From: the human T2T-CHM13v2.0 reference genome, Homo sapiens
Reading direction: 5' to 3' (one strand)
DNA: 64,000 bases
Assembly: GCF_009914755.1 (NCBI RefSeq)
Contig: NC_060926.1
Shown piece after piece: positions 43,996 through 57,978 of this stretch. Within the stretch, counting starts at the first letter, position 1; each line of letters opens with the position of its first letter. A model generated the notes under the pieces. The model had not been told where the DNA came from, did no database searches, and was given only the letters and a program-made list of their open reading frames with translations. A program made the translations under genes and the position numbers.

Positions 43996-46408
43996 TTTAA
44001 TTCATATCTATCCAGTTAGAGGAGCTTCAATTTGTCAGAGCACTTTGGAAAGCACTGAACTAAATACTCTAGGGAATTTGGGCAGTTTCTGGCTCTGAGA
44101 CTCAATTTCCATCCCATTCTGTTCTCTTCTATACCATTCCACATGCAATATTGTCCCAAAGGTATTCCTTTGATTACTTACAACATAAAGACTCTTGTTT
44201 GACTCCTTTAGCAGCAACACATGAGACTCATAATCATTATCCTTTTAAGAAAAATGTCAAGGCATCTTCATGAAGGATGCTGTGGAGCATCAGTATAAAA
44301 TGCATTTTGTAAGTAAAGAGAAAGACCAGCTTTGAGAAAGACTGGGGATTTTCCTTGCAGATGTAAATATATCTGCTTGACTCTCTTTATAAATTAAATT
44401 TTATAAGTAGCAGCTACTGTTCTACAGCAAGGCCTCCTGGATGAGGGAAATGATAAGCAGACTGAAGAAGAGATGTAGCTTGAGAGGATTAGGCAATCCA
44501 AATCCAGGATTACCAAGCCAGAAACTAAAAGGGAGCCTCTGCAGGGCTGACTCAGAGAGGAACCTGACAGGGCATGGGGCCTGATGAGACACATTGCAAT
44601 CAATGTAAATTAAAACTTAGATGTGCCTTTGTCTTTTCTCCAATGCAGAGTTGCTAAACATTGTCTTAAACTTTGTTATTAGTTTCCGTGACCTGAATGC
44701 TGCTGAGTATTTGTGTGTTGAGTTGCACAACTCATGACTGTTAAAAGATGTTGCTTCTCAGATTTGCCCACCTGCATGGAGCATTACACTCTTGACTGCT
44801 GTTATGGAATTTTTCATTTGTTCCATTATTTAACCAGTATTTCCTGAAGGTGTTCGTGTTCTAAGCACTGCCCTAGATGATGGAGACAGAGTGGAAACCA
44901 AGATGGACAAGTGGGGTCTTCTGAATCCCATTCAGCCTGTCTAACATCCCTTCCCAATGATGCCTGAAGAGTTCTTGACACAGGACTGTAAAAAGGCAAA
45001 AAAGAAAAAAAGTTTAAATTAAATTCCTGGCTACAGAAGGGGAATTGCCTAGAGTTTATTACCTTAAGCTTAATTACATGAGCAATAAGTGATACATTAT
45101 ATGAAAAACAAGGCAAGAACGAAATTTTGAACAACTTGCTCTTTAAGGAGTTAGTGAATTCCTTAGCCTGGTTGAGGTGCGAGGAAGTGTCCCATTGCTT
45201 GTCAAACCTATATCTCCATCATTAGGCTTCTGGGTCCTACCACCTTTTATTATTCACAAATCATATTTTATGTTGAATACTATCATCTCACCCTACCTAT
45301 CTTAATTTTTTTAAATTATGGATTCTAAATCAGAGAATTTAAGTGTCTGTGAATTTGTAATTTCTCAGCAATTTCTTGAAATCTAGATTTAAATATAGAG
45401 TCTTCATCAAATATATCTCTATAGTTTTTACTACAATGGTTTGTCTTTGGAAAGAACTTGGTACTATTTCCCCTCCTCCAATACGTATGTTGCAAAACTG
45501 TATGCCACAGATGGCTTCTCTCTAGTGGGCTGGACTGGGGGTCTTTACTATGTAGTTAGTGACATTTCAAGTCATGAGAGATGCTAACAGCCTTGACTTT
45601 TGGCAGGAGACATTTCCAGATTGGATATGATCTCAGAAAAGTTTGCCCTGTCTACAAAAGTCATCAATTGCATGATACTTCATATAAAGCAATAAGATTC
45701 TCCAGGCTGTAAAAGCTTGTGGTTTAACCATTTACTGTAGTTTATTTTCGTTATGCATTAGCTGGATGTTCTCCAGTAGTGAAAGACTTAAAAAACCTAT
45801 ACCCTATCTGGCTAAGAAACCAGGAGATGATGAACAGGTATAGAAGAGGAGGTGGTGGTATGACCCAAGGGGTGTGGGCTGAGTCCAGGGCCTGGGTAGG
45901 ACAGGTCAAGTGCAGAGACCTGAACTTGAGTGCTTAAGGCCAGGAGAAGATCCATGTGCCCTTTCACATGTTGGCTGCTCCATAGCCCATGTGGCCGGTG
46001 TGTGTGATTGGAAGAGCAAATGCCCATGTGTCCTGGTGACTGTTCCTTTGCCGGTTGATTGTAGGAAGCATCTATGTCAGAACCATCAGATATAACACTG
46101 TTATAACCAAGCCATCTTGTCAAGAAGTATATTTACATTCTAAGACTCTACACTTGGAATATATCTTTTTTCTTTTAAAGAATTCCTGTGTGTTCTGTCC
46201 TATAACTGCATAACTCTGGGGATAGGTAGGCCTGCTTCACAACCAACTCAGTTCCAAGTTATGAGAACTTAGGCTGGTTAGTTAAACTCCTTGCAACTCA
46301 TCTTTCCATTTGCAAAACAGGGGCATGGTAATAAACTTGTCACATAAGAAATGTATTTGGCATAAATGTAAAGGGCTCTGATAATTTAGGTGTTATTTCC
46401 ATAATGTT

Positions 46409-46800
46409 TATGTTACTCTGTTCTTTCATTGATAGAGAAATACTGAAGTTGGGTAATTTATAAAGAAAAGTTTAATTGGCTCACAGTTCTGCAGACTGTA
46501 CATGCGTGGCCCTGGCATTTGCTTGACTTCTGGAGAGGCCTCAGGAAGTGTTTACTCATGGTGGAAGGCAAGATAGGGGCAGAAATGTCACATGGTGAGA
46601 GAGGGAACAAGAGAGGGAGAAGGGGAGGATGCCACATACTTTTAACAACCAGATCTCATGAGAAGTAATTTATTATGAGGACAGGACCAGGCCATGAGGG
46701 ATCTGCCTCTGTGATCCAAATACCTCCTATGAGGCCACACATTCAACACTGGGAATTACATCTCAACATGAGATTTAGAGGGGAGATTCAAACTAAATCA
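46409..46800 (-). mobile_element. MSTB-like MaLR solo LTR
   Basis: gggtaatttataaagaaaagtttaattggctcacagttctgcag...aacaaccagatctcatgagaa...caacatgagattt. Confidence 0.9.
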
Positions 46801-46855
46801 ATGTATCCTGGCAGAGGAATGTGTGCTCTGCTGACATAATATCTTTTATAGCAAC

Positions 46856-47149
46856 TTTTTTTTTTTTTTAGACAGGGTCTCACTGTGTCACCCAGGCTGG
46901 AGCGCAGTGACACCATCTCAGCTCACTGCAGCCTTACCTCCCAGTTTCAAGGATCCTCCTGCCACAGCCCCAACAAATAGCTGGGACTACAGGTGTGTGC
47001 TACACCACCTGGCTAATTTTTGTATTTGTTGTAAAGATAGGGGTCTTGCCATGTTGCCCAGGCTGGTCTCAAACTCCTGAGCTTAAGAGATCTGCCTACC
47101 TCTGCCTCCCAAAGTGCTAGGATTATAAGTGTGAGCTACCACACCTGGC
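46856..47149 (-). mobile_element. Alu (AluJ type)
   Basis: agacagggtctcac, ctgcagcctt, gttgcccaggctggtctcaaactcctgagct; TSD tatagcaactttt. Confidence 0.95.
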
Positions 47150-47619
47150 ATATAGCAACTTTTATGTTTTTTTAAAAAGTCTGTTTAAAATGCATTGCCA
47201 AAGCCTACGTTAGTGAATAGTGATGTTGCCATTCACTGCCTCAGCAAGAAGCATGGCTGATACAGGATCATGAACTGGAGCTTTGCTTAGTCATGTTTAT
47301 CTAACATGTACAGGGTGACCAACATAAGGGAAAATGGGAGATTTTACAGAAATGTGTGGATTTCCATAGTTTCTCAAAACAATTGGTAGAGTTATTTTTC
47401 TGACTGGAGATTTACAAGGTAACTCAGTGTCTCTACCACTACTGCCTTGGTTTGAGTCACCGGTGGCTCTCACCTGGATTCGTGCATTTGCGCAATTGCT
47501 TCCTAATTGACTTCTCAGCCTCTGATCTCACTTCCCACTCCTGTTATTAACCTGAAATGTAGTTCATACCATGTCACTATTTTATTCAAAATGAATGAAA
47601 AGTTTAACAGTGACCTTTA

Positions 47620-47785
47620 TAGGGAAAAAGAAAAGAATTTTTTTGGTGGCATTTGCTAATTTCCATGGTGGAAATATTTCACAGTGGTTGATTTTAAGCT
47701 ACCAATGTGAAGTCACGTCAGAGTTGGAAAGAAGTGCACAAGCAGCTCTGCCAACCCATTGTAATCCAACCTCAGTACACAACTA
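47620..47785. mobile_element. MER63A-like MITE within an L2 remnant
   Basis: catttgctaatttccatggtg...gattttaagctaccaatgtgaagtcac...gagttggaaagaagtgcaca. Confidence 0.75.
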
Positions 47786-50700
47786 AAAATATGCCCAATG
47801 ACTTCTTGAACCACTCAAAGTAAGGTTCTTACAATGACCATGAGTCAAGTCAATGGCCGTGAAATTTCTGATTACCTCTTTTATCTTGCCTCCAATGCTA
47901 CACTCTTCTCTCTAGTTTCACACTCTTTACTACTTAGTTATTTTGTAAAATGGGAAAGTGTCTGTAGCAACACATCACATAAAATGTATGACAGCATTAA
48001 GAGCTCTTAAGAAGAAAAATATTTTATAAATCCAAGTTGATGGGAACACTGCCAGTTCACCTAATGTGACACATAGATCACTGTCCTTCACTGAGCAAGA
48101 CAAATTACTCAATGACTATGTCTCCCCACAAAACTGGATGTGAATCAAGCCTTCTGTCACCTGATTTACTGTGAATAGCCTTGATACCTCTGCAGGGAAA
48201 TGGGAAGTATTACTTTGCTTGACTTTGAAGATGACTTAATAAGGCAAGAATGAATCAGTTGCCATGTGTTTTCAGTCACATCCAGTCCCATTCATTGTAT
48301 AGGTCCAGTCACTAATGCTTTACCACCAGTTCTGCTGGATTCATCTTCTCATCCCCATTTAGCATTCATTTCTTCTCCAGAGCCTGTCTCCTGGCTGTTA
48401 AAAGAAGATACCAGATATCAAGATAAACAATTTCATTCCTCCCAGAAAATTAGGTCCTAGAGAGTGTGAGACAGGTTAGAAGGAAATTATTTGCTTATAG
48501 GCCTTCCATACGCTTTTGCCATCTCAAGGTAAGGTTTGGTATTTTTATAATTTTTCTAAGCTTGGTGATATTGTCTATGGAAAGGTTATTTACTTTTACT
48601 GTTAATGATGCTTTGGGGATTGCAGTGGAGAAGGAAAAAGAAAGAGGTTGAATCAGGTGGTGGCTGCTCACAGCTTGTATACACAATACAGCTGCATTTT
48701 CACCTCCATTCTTGTGGGAAGATATGTTTGGATTTCACAAGAATGTTCAATATAAGATATAAAAAACTATAGAGTTTATGTCTGTGTTTCTTACCCTAGT
48801 ATATGTAAAAACCAGTAATGCATGAACTTTATGCAAATTCTTTGAATTTGGCAACAAGATATTCAAACACTTTTATTTGCTTATGCTGAATTAATTAGTG
48901 CTCACATAACTTTATGCATAAAGTTTACATGTGTGCTTATTTTAATAATTTACAAGAAAATATTAGTAGGTCAATTATTCTACTAAAATAGTCTTGTAAA
49001 TGCTCAGAACCATGTTGAGACCTATACAGCTTAAACCTGAGTATAAGAAACAGCACTGATTGCCTTTCTACCCCAAGACTTTTACTTTATTTAAAAACAA
49101 AAACTTAACACTATGAAGTGAATTTGGGGGAATATCTATTCTATTTGTACTTCTCAGGGGTTAGGAAAGAGGGAATTTTCGAAAACAGCTGTCAATGAGA
49201 ATAGATTGAACTCGACTGGAGGATTGACTCTGGATCTTATAAGGCGAGATTTAAAGAAATGGAAAGAATATGTTCTATCAGAAGAATTCATTATTCACTC
49301 ATCCCCTCCATCTAAAGGAGGTCCTCCCTATTTTTCCCTTTCATATCACTCTGTTTTCTTTGTAGCATCAATCTTAATCACCTGACTCTACCCCTAATCT
49401 CTATGTTTTACAGGGAGAGATAATTTGTTTTTTTGTTGAATGACTAGGGCCTAGCACACTATCTAGGACAGACAGGTCTTCAGTAGTTATGGGTTTAATT
49501 AATTGACTAATAAATCAGATATTTGTGATTTTATGGGGCCATAAAAATCACAAGAATAGATACTAGTGATTATTGTAGCAGAAAATAAGATTGAACATGT
49601 GCAGTGTCGCCGCATTATGTAATATTTTAAAATAAAATGCCATTGCAAGGATTTGAACAAAGGAATGTTCCCTTTAAGCATATCTTCAGTAGACTGACCT
49701 AGTAAAGCTATGGAAGATAGATGAGAAGACCGCAGACCAAATCTGGTTTGTTGCTGAGGTCATCCTTGCAAATGATGACAGCCCCACCTGCTGTGAGTCT
49801 GAATTAACTGATCTTGACCTCCGCATTTGACACACCTGTGCTCATCACATTACCACTTCAAGGATAAGCATGTTGAAGGTATATACCAGGGAGTGGTAGA
49901 GATGATTGATCACAAAATTTAAGCTGCATTTAGGAAGACAAGATTTACAGCAATTGAGAAACACAGAAAAGATTGCAAGACCAAGGAACGGAAAAAGTTC
50001 CAAAAGGGGGTCAAAGGAGAGCTAAGGTTGAAAACGCAAAGGAAGCAAACTGAAAAGGCAAGTGATGGTAGTCACACATACAGACGCTTAAAACTGAGGT
50101 TACAGAGGGAGTGAGGTTACTGGTAATCAAAAGTCCAGATTGTGGCCCTGAGTGTGGTGGCTATGACAGGAAGAAAAAAAAAATATCTTTGGGGAGAAGA
50201 TTTCAAGAAAGTGTGTGGCCAGGGAATATGTGTATATTTAACACTGTGTCTCATGCATTCCCAAATTAGCCTACAACTTACATTTTTTATCCTCCTTTTT
50301 TTAAACTACATGGGTTGCAATGAAAATATCTTTTGGTGATTCCTACCCTGATCCAAATCCTGTATTTTCCAAGGTTTGCAAACTCTTTAAGAAAAAACTG
50401 AAACAGATGGCCACAAATGAGTTATAAATGGAAAAAACAAAAACAAAAACAATAAAGCCCCACAGAAAACCTTTGCCAAAGAATCACTAAGTTAATTGTC
50501 CTCCTTAAGTTGAACCAGGCTTCAGTAAAAAGGAGATTCTTTCCAATAAGGAAGCTGTGAAGTTAAATTTCCCTGGTCACCTTCCATGTGTACAGGAAGG
50601 TTTTATTTTAATAGGGTGGATCTTAAATTTAAATGTGCTCTCAGTTAAACTGTAAACCCTGAGGGGTGTATATCTTTATTGTACAGTACTGGCTCATTGT

Positions 50701-51969
50701 GCTGTTGTGTGCAACAAATAATAGATGATAAATACTATAATGAGACCAACTAAGATACTGCCTCCATTGTAATGGAGAATTTTTTTTTTTATTTTTAGAT
50801 GCATTGTGAGCATTAAAACCATTGCTAATATGTTGTGACAATACCTTTTAATTAGTTATGAATAAATATGTGTTGGAGAAGATGAGGTTTGATCAAAGGC
50901 AAATTAACACTGGACGCTGACACCCCTTAGGGCTACAGCATAAAGCGGATAATCCAAGTGCCTTCATTGACACAGGGCATTCGATTCAATTATTTTGTAG
51001 AAGAAAACCAATCAGGGAAAGTGCATTGTTCCCAGAAAGCTATTCTAGAAAAACAGGGAGCCAAGCTCCTGGCCTCTGCATAGGTAATTTTGCCACCTAT
51101 ATTTCAATCTATCATATTATTACATTTGGGTACATTAAGCAGATCTGCAACCTGTTGTGCATAGAGACAGCACACTGGCCACTCTATTTACAGTAACTAA
51201 TGCATCCACGCATAAGTATTTGGCTCTTAAGTAGCGTCTTTAGTGATTCACATTTACATGTCACTCCGGTTACATGAATGAGGGCTGGAAGCTGGGTTTT
51301 TAGAACTCTAAGGCCTGACTTTTTAAATGGACTTCAAAAATGCCAGGGAGGACACTTCTCAGCTTTATCAGTTTGCCAAGGTGATGTGTCCAATAGAAAT
51401 GTTTGTAAAATGCTTTTTGTTGTTAAGTTAGGAAAAACTCTTCATGAATAAAACCTGACCTGGGTTTATATGTGCATTTAATCCCACAAGGATCCTGAGG
51501 GATCATGGGGTAAGGTATTACTACCTCACTGGATAAATGAATGAATCTATTGGGAAATGAATTCTCTAGTGGTCACACAATGATTTAGGAGCAGTGTTAG
51601 AAATGAAATTTTCTGTCTGGAAACAATGTACATGTACATGCATGTGTGTGTGTGATCTATAGTGTCTTTTTCTATAGACACACAGATGATGGAATTTTTT
51701 CACTTCCTGGAAAATGTATGGCTTGACTATTCAATTAGAGATACTGAGATCAGTTCCCTTTAGAGGTTGGAAATTTCTGGATGACATAACTTATTATCTA
51801 TATTTCACTTTATCTCTTTACTCCTATTCAAGCCAAGTCTCTATTTTAAAAAGATTTTGGTCTTCTAGATTTATTCTACTGAAGCAAAATTTCTGTAACT
51901 CTTTAATATATGCCTGGAAATAATATAATTAACTATGTATTCCTTTTAATGTAGGTCTAAAATAATTTA

Positions 51970-53560
51970 TATCCATAAATATTTACATGGTAACTTTTAC
52001 ACTCAAAGAATTATACTAGATGCCATGGGAGATAAAGGAAACATGCACATTTTGATTTTTATCTTCACAAATTGTATAATGTCAAGGTTGTATATAATAG
52101 CTGTAATATAAGGCAAATAGTGACAATATGAAGGAAGTTCACTAAAGAAGAGAGTGGGTATTGATGAAAGTTTAAGAAAGAAGTGGCATTGGTTTAGGCC
52201 CTGAATAACTTGAGATTTTTTTTTTCCTCAAATAGAGATGTAGTTTGAAGGGGAAAAGACCCCAGGGGAGTGGAGGGAAGAAGAATTATGTGAGTGGATA
52301 TGACGAGATAAGAAAGAAGGCTGGGCCACATTAAGCAGAGCTTAAATTCCTTACAGAGGAACTGGACTCTTATTTTGGGTAATCCTGAAGACTTTTAAGA
52401 GGAGGATTGATGTGATCCCATTTATTTTTTAGGACTTTTTTTTTTTTTAGGTCAATGAATGCATTATTGCTAGGGAAAACTGAGACAAATAATCCAAGTA
52501 AGAATATCATTTAGTAGCTGGGACCAAAAGTTCATAAAAAGCCTTGTAGATGGTTTGGAAAATAGGGAATAGATGTGAAATCTAGGTAGAAGAGGAAGAA
52601 TCGGTTGACAGTTTGAGTGTCTGTATATATAGGAAGTATATAGGTGTCAAATTTCTTGGAAGCATTTGTTCTCTGTGACTGAGAGAATGATGCTTTGAAG
52701 ACAAAGTTTCATTAGAGGGAAAAGGGAGATGGCAATGACATTGGCTTGGAACATGCTAATCTTGGGTGTCAAAGGAACACCCATTTGGAAATGCGCAGTA
52801 TTTTGTTGAGAGGGCGAATAGATGTCTCAGAATGCAGGTAACCATGGAATATTAGATTTGAAAATCACGTGGACAGGATAGCATTGAAGTCTTAAAAATT
52901 GATATTTGTCAAAGACAACCACAGAAAAATCATAAAAGGGGAAACAGAACTTTGACCTACACTGAAGCATGAGGGGCAATAAGAGAAGTCAGTGGAAATA
53001 CCAAGTAGGACAAATTGGAAAAATGTAAAAGCAGGAGAGGACAGTATTCAGGAAGCCAAGGAAATAGGACATTCCAGAAAGAAGCTGCGGTCTAAAAGAG
53101 ATAAAATGGCTCTAAAGGTATTGAGAAGAATCTAGAGAAAAATAAAACTTTCTAGTTTATGCCACTAGCAAGGAAAAGGTTACTTTTTTTTTTTTTTTGA
53201 CGGAGTCTTGCTCTGTCACCCAGGCTGGAGTACAGTGGCGCCATCCGCTCACTGCAAGCTCTGCCTCCGGGGTTCACGCCATGCTCCTGCCTCAGCCTCC
53301 CGAGTAGCTGGGACTACAGGCGCCCGCTACTGTTCCCGGCTAATTTTTTTTTTGTATTTTTAGTAGAGACGGGGTTTCATAGTGTTAGCCAGGATGGTCT
53401 CGATCTCCTGACCCGGTGACCCGCCCATCTTGGCCTCCCAAAGTGCTGGGATTACAGGCTTGAGCCACCGCTTTAAGAAAACCATTTCAGTAGACTCTGG
53501 TGGTAGAAGCCAGAGTACAACAGATACACAAAGAATGTGACTTAAGGACAGTGATAAGAA
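51970..53560 (-). mobile_element. Long degraded L2 remnant (interrupted by AluY)
   Basis: Scattered L2-like motifs: tactagatgcc..gggagata, aataatccaagtaaga, ggaagccaagg, catttcagtag. Confidence 0.6.
53184..53471 (-). mobile_element. AluY lacking its first ~8 nt
   Basis: gcaagctc, gttcacgcc, gtgttagccaggatggtctcgatctcc; stops at gagccaccgc. Confidence 0.96.
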
Positions 53561-55689
53561 GGTAAGAACCCCTTTTGAGACTTTGCCGTCTTGTTCAAAG
53601 GTGCATCCCTGGCAGCTAACAATGTATTGGGCACAAAAGAGATGCTCAATAGATGTTTGTGAATTAAAGATGAATGAATGATTTAGTAAACGAATGAGAG
53701 ACAAGAAAAAATAGCAGAAGGGAAGGAGAAAGGGAGGGATAGAGAGAAACAGAGAAAGAATACAAGAGATGAAGCAGGAGCTCACGATGTTTGAGCTAAG
53801 TATTGCTAAAGAAAGGGGAGTTGGAAATGTTTAGGATTGCTGATGAGAATAATCAATGAAGAATATACCATGGAGAATAAAGTGGAAGAACAATATATGT
53901 ATAAAAATTGTTAAGAGATATTGAGTCAGCATACCAGAGGAAAAAATATAGTTAATGATGTAGAGAAATTGAAATATGTAGAGGAGAAAGACCCAGGGAC
54001 CTCTCATTGGAGAACAACAATCTTGTTAGTGAAATAGACCTTGAGGTATTATTCTGAGGGACTGGGTTCAGATTTGTCAAAACCGAGGTTTCCTAAAGCT
54101 TGCAGTCATAAAGAGGTGTGTACTACGTGTAACTGCAGAGTTATCTTAAGAAGGGTAAGTTTAAGTTGCATTCATTATTTAGAAAGACATTGAATTATTT
54201 TTGAATTGATATGAAAGATGAAACAGTGTTTTATTTTGCTTCCTTGGTAGTTCATTTTTCACAATGATTCCGTAAATACATGGCTAGGATTTCTGGATCT
54301 GTCTGAGGTGTGTTTTTCCCTTTCATCTTCATGACTCTGTTTTAAACTGCAAAATATTTGAGACCTCAGCAGAATATTTTGCAAGAAGCATTTCACTGTG
54401 CTCAAATATTTTCAATTTTCAGGTACTTTCTATAAAGTCTTTTAGATCTTGTTTTGTTCAAGAAATTTAGAGCATTATTTCATTAAATCTTAAGACACTA
54501 TTATCAGAAGAAGCACATATTACAAATGTTTGGGAAGGGCGAATGCTGTAGGTTTAAGACAGAGCTGACATGAAAACTTTTTTATCTCAGTCTTCTGATT
54601 TTGTTTGACAAATCACACCATCTCTCTGCTAGAAGGTCAATGAATAGATGGCAATATACCTGGGAAGTACAGGTTTCAAGAAAACTCATTTTTCTGGTAT
54701 GAAATTTCATGCCAGAAATAGTTTGGGGTCATGCTAATCCCTTTCTTCCAATATTATGGAGAATAGAGATTTTGCAAAATGGGGTACATATTTTGGTAGT
54801 TTTGCACCCTAAAACAGAAAAAGAGGAAGCATTCAAGGGTGGTGTCAGTATCTAATACTGTGTCATAGATGATGGTCTGGGCTGAGAAAGTAACTAGTTG
54901 CCTTATTATGGATAGGAAACTTTTCAGAGAAGAAAACATACTGAAATTATACTGAAGAGTATGGCATCTGCCACTTCTTTGAGTTGTTTGGCTCTTTCTC
55001 AAATCCAGGGCATGACTTTACAGTTCTTACTAATAGGAACATGTGTTCTCCCTCTAGGTCCAACTTCAAACTGGCTTAAGGTTTGAGAGTAAACATAACT
55101 GATCTCATAAGCATACAATCTAGTCTCCAGATCATAAGTGTATGGACAAACCAGAGAGTAGCCTCTTGACTCTGGAATTCAAAATGCCATTGGTGTCAAT
55201 CAAGATGGTTACAAAGTTGAAGGAAAATGATATCTAATCCAGGGATTTGTTAAATAATGATTAATTTAGAGGCTTCTACTGTGTTATCTCAGGCATGTAA
55301 ATAATGTATAAAACAATATGAGAGAGAGATATTGGTAGCCTCTAATTTGAGGTGAAGATAACAAAACTGAACGAATTAATGTGCCTGGGGTCACAAAACT
55401 AGTTTGTAATAGAGCTAGAATTGTATGTTGAATTTTTCAAATTGGCCGTTGGGATATCTGAAAACAGCATTCCATCATACATTTTTTTTTGTTTCAACAG
55501 TGAAAGCAATTATTAGCTAATCATACCTAAGCCTCATAGTATCATTGTAGTTTTTCTTTCCAATGAGAGCTTGAAAATGCCTATCCCAAAATAATTCAAA
55601 AAGAAAAGTTTCTGAAACTACCTAGCAGTTTTTACTGGGTCACATCTTTCTCTCTCTTCCACTATCTCTACCCACTTTCCACTTGCTAC

Positions 55690-56135
55690 AAACAATGCAT
55701 GGTCTGTGCTCTCAAGGAGCTCACAGACCAGTGGAGGAGATCAAATCAGAGAACACACCTGAAGGGTGTGATAAAGGAGGTGCTATCACATGGAGGAGCA
55801 TAGAGTCCTTTGGCAATGTTAAGGCAGGAACATGTTCCATTAGAGAATTCTTGAGGTCAGAAAGGGAACATGTTGTAGATGAGAACTGGCATAGAATCCA
55901 GACCTTAAAAGACCATGAGTATAACTTAAAAGTTTGGATTTTTAGTCCAAAGAAATGGAAGAGCTATCAAAGGGTTTTAATTTAGAGAGTGACACGAGCA
56001 AATCTGCATTTAGAAGGATAAATCTGGCAGCACTGTAGAGAAAGATCAGCTAAGAGGCAATTGCATTAATTTAGCCAAGAAGTGATGAGCACCTAAACCA
56101 AAGCCGAGCGGTAGAGATGGAGAGAAGGGGATTAA
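55690..56135 (-). mobile_element. L2 remnant
   Basis: gctctcaaggagctcacag...tttggattt...agggttttaa...tctgcatttagaaggat. Confidence 0.65.
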
Positions 56136-57978
56136 GCTGATCTCTGCATTCAGATTACTGGTTCCAACAGGGACAAAAATTAATAGTGTATGAGTAGTCA
56201 CAGACTTTTCCTTTCTCCTTCATCATAAATTGAGAAAATGGCCACTGAAGAAGGAAATAGAGAAGAATGTCATTAAATAATAGTATCATCCATCCTGTTG
56301 CTTAAGAAACCTGTGAGTTATTCTTGAACTATTCCCAAACATATATGTATACATTCATTTATTTAATTAATACTTATTGGTTGTGCCTTTGGGCCAAACA
56401 CTGTTCCAGCCATTGGAAATACAAGACAGACAAGGACCAATTAAGTTTTGCCCAAATATACTGATAATTTTTCAATTTCTATAGATCCCCACTGCCAGCT
56501 CACAAATCCCCTTCTTCCCCACTTCTCTCTTCATCTGATGAAGTCTTACTCATGATCTGCATCAGCTGAGAAGCCACATCTTCCCATGGGGCTTCCCAGC
56601 CCTTTGGTGGTTGTTAGGGCCCCAGGACTTGTTGTTCCATTGCACCTGCCTTATACTTCTTGTGAGAGAACATCTGATCACAAGGTGCTGAAATCATAGG
56701 GGTTCAAGAGCCAGTGACTTTCTGAGGACCCTGACCACTCTGTTCTGTTCACTGCCTGACAAACTATAGGCACTTGGATATTTTGTAAATAAATAGTGAG
56801 TAAATAAATTCCTCAAGACAGAGTTGTTTTGTCCTCCTTAAAAATTATACCTTTAGAAAGCTAAACCAGTTATTATACTTTAAACTGGCATTAAGTTAAG
56901 GCCTTCTGCTCAGGAAGTTCAAGGCCATTATATGTTATTCTATATTTCTAGTTTCTACTTCTAGGTTGAAAAAAATGAGCCACATATGGTTAGCTAAACT
57001 CATTTCTAAAAACTTGGCATGTTCTCAAACCATATTCAAAGCTTATGTCAGTTTTGAAGACACAAATAAAATATATTTTCCAGAACTTCTCCTCCTCTGG
57101 TTGAATTTTTGGAAAAGATCTCCCACGATGTGAACTTCTGTAAACTGTATTCTAAGTTCAATCTGAATATTATAATTTATTTTCCATATACCCTCTCTTT
57201 AGGCCATGACACTTCAAGAAGTAGAAGAGTCTTATGTATAGAAATGAGGAATGTTTTAATTTTAGATTCCAAAGTACCGTAGATAATAACATATGTTAAT
57301 CTTAAAAGCACTTGTCATGTTTTAAGTAAAAATAAGTCTCTTAAAGATGTTCCATAGAATTTATTCTGGCCTTAATAAGCATTATATTTCTGTCCTGCCT
57401 CTTTAGAAACTCAGAAATGAAGAAAAGGAACTTTGATAGAGGTTAAAAAAATCTCTCTACTTCCCTCTGTAACCTCCTTCCTTTATTATAATTAAGCATC
57501 ACATTAATGGGCAGCAATATTAACCTCAAACTCTTGGCAATAGCACTTCGTGATAAATAAGTTGTGTGCTTGTTTTTCAAGCATAACTCCCTAGCCATGA
57601 TTACCCTAAGCTCTAACATTCATAAAAATCTTAAATTATCATGGTGTTTGATAGAGATGACCATAAAATCCATTCAATAGATTTGTGCAACTCTATAATT
57701 ATGTCCACTGATAATTATAGCTTTTTTTTTCTTGACTTTTTCTTTTTATTTACTGTCTGGATTTGGAAGTATATTGCATGACAATACTGTTGAAGCCCTC
57801 TTACAAAAATAAACAAAATGTATTGATATGATTAGAGTATGTTTTCCTTCATGGTGCTCTAGGGTGGAAACTTATTAAAAATGGCTATTTGATGACTGGG
57901 AACAGAAAGATAAAAATTGATACAGAGTTAGGTAAGTCAGGAAGGAAGGGGAGGTAAATTAACATTTGTCCAGCCTCC

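Noticed and set aside
53360-53785. 141-aa minus-strand ORF
   Set aside because: Made of low-complexity purine tract, L2 and Alu sequence
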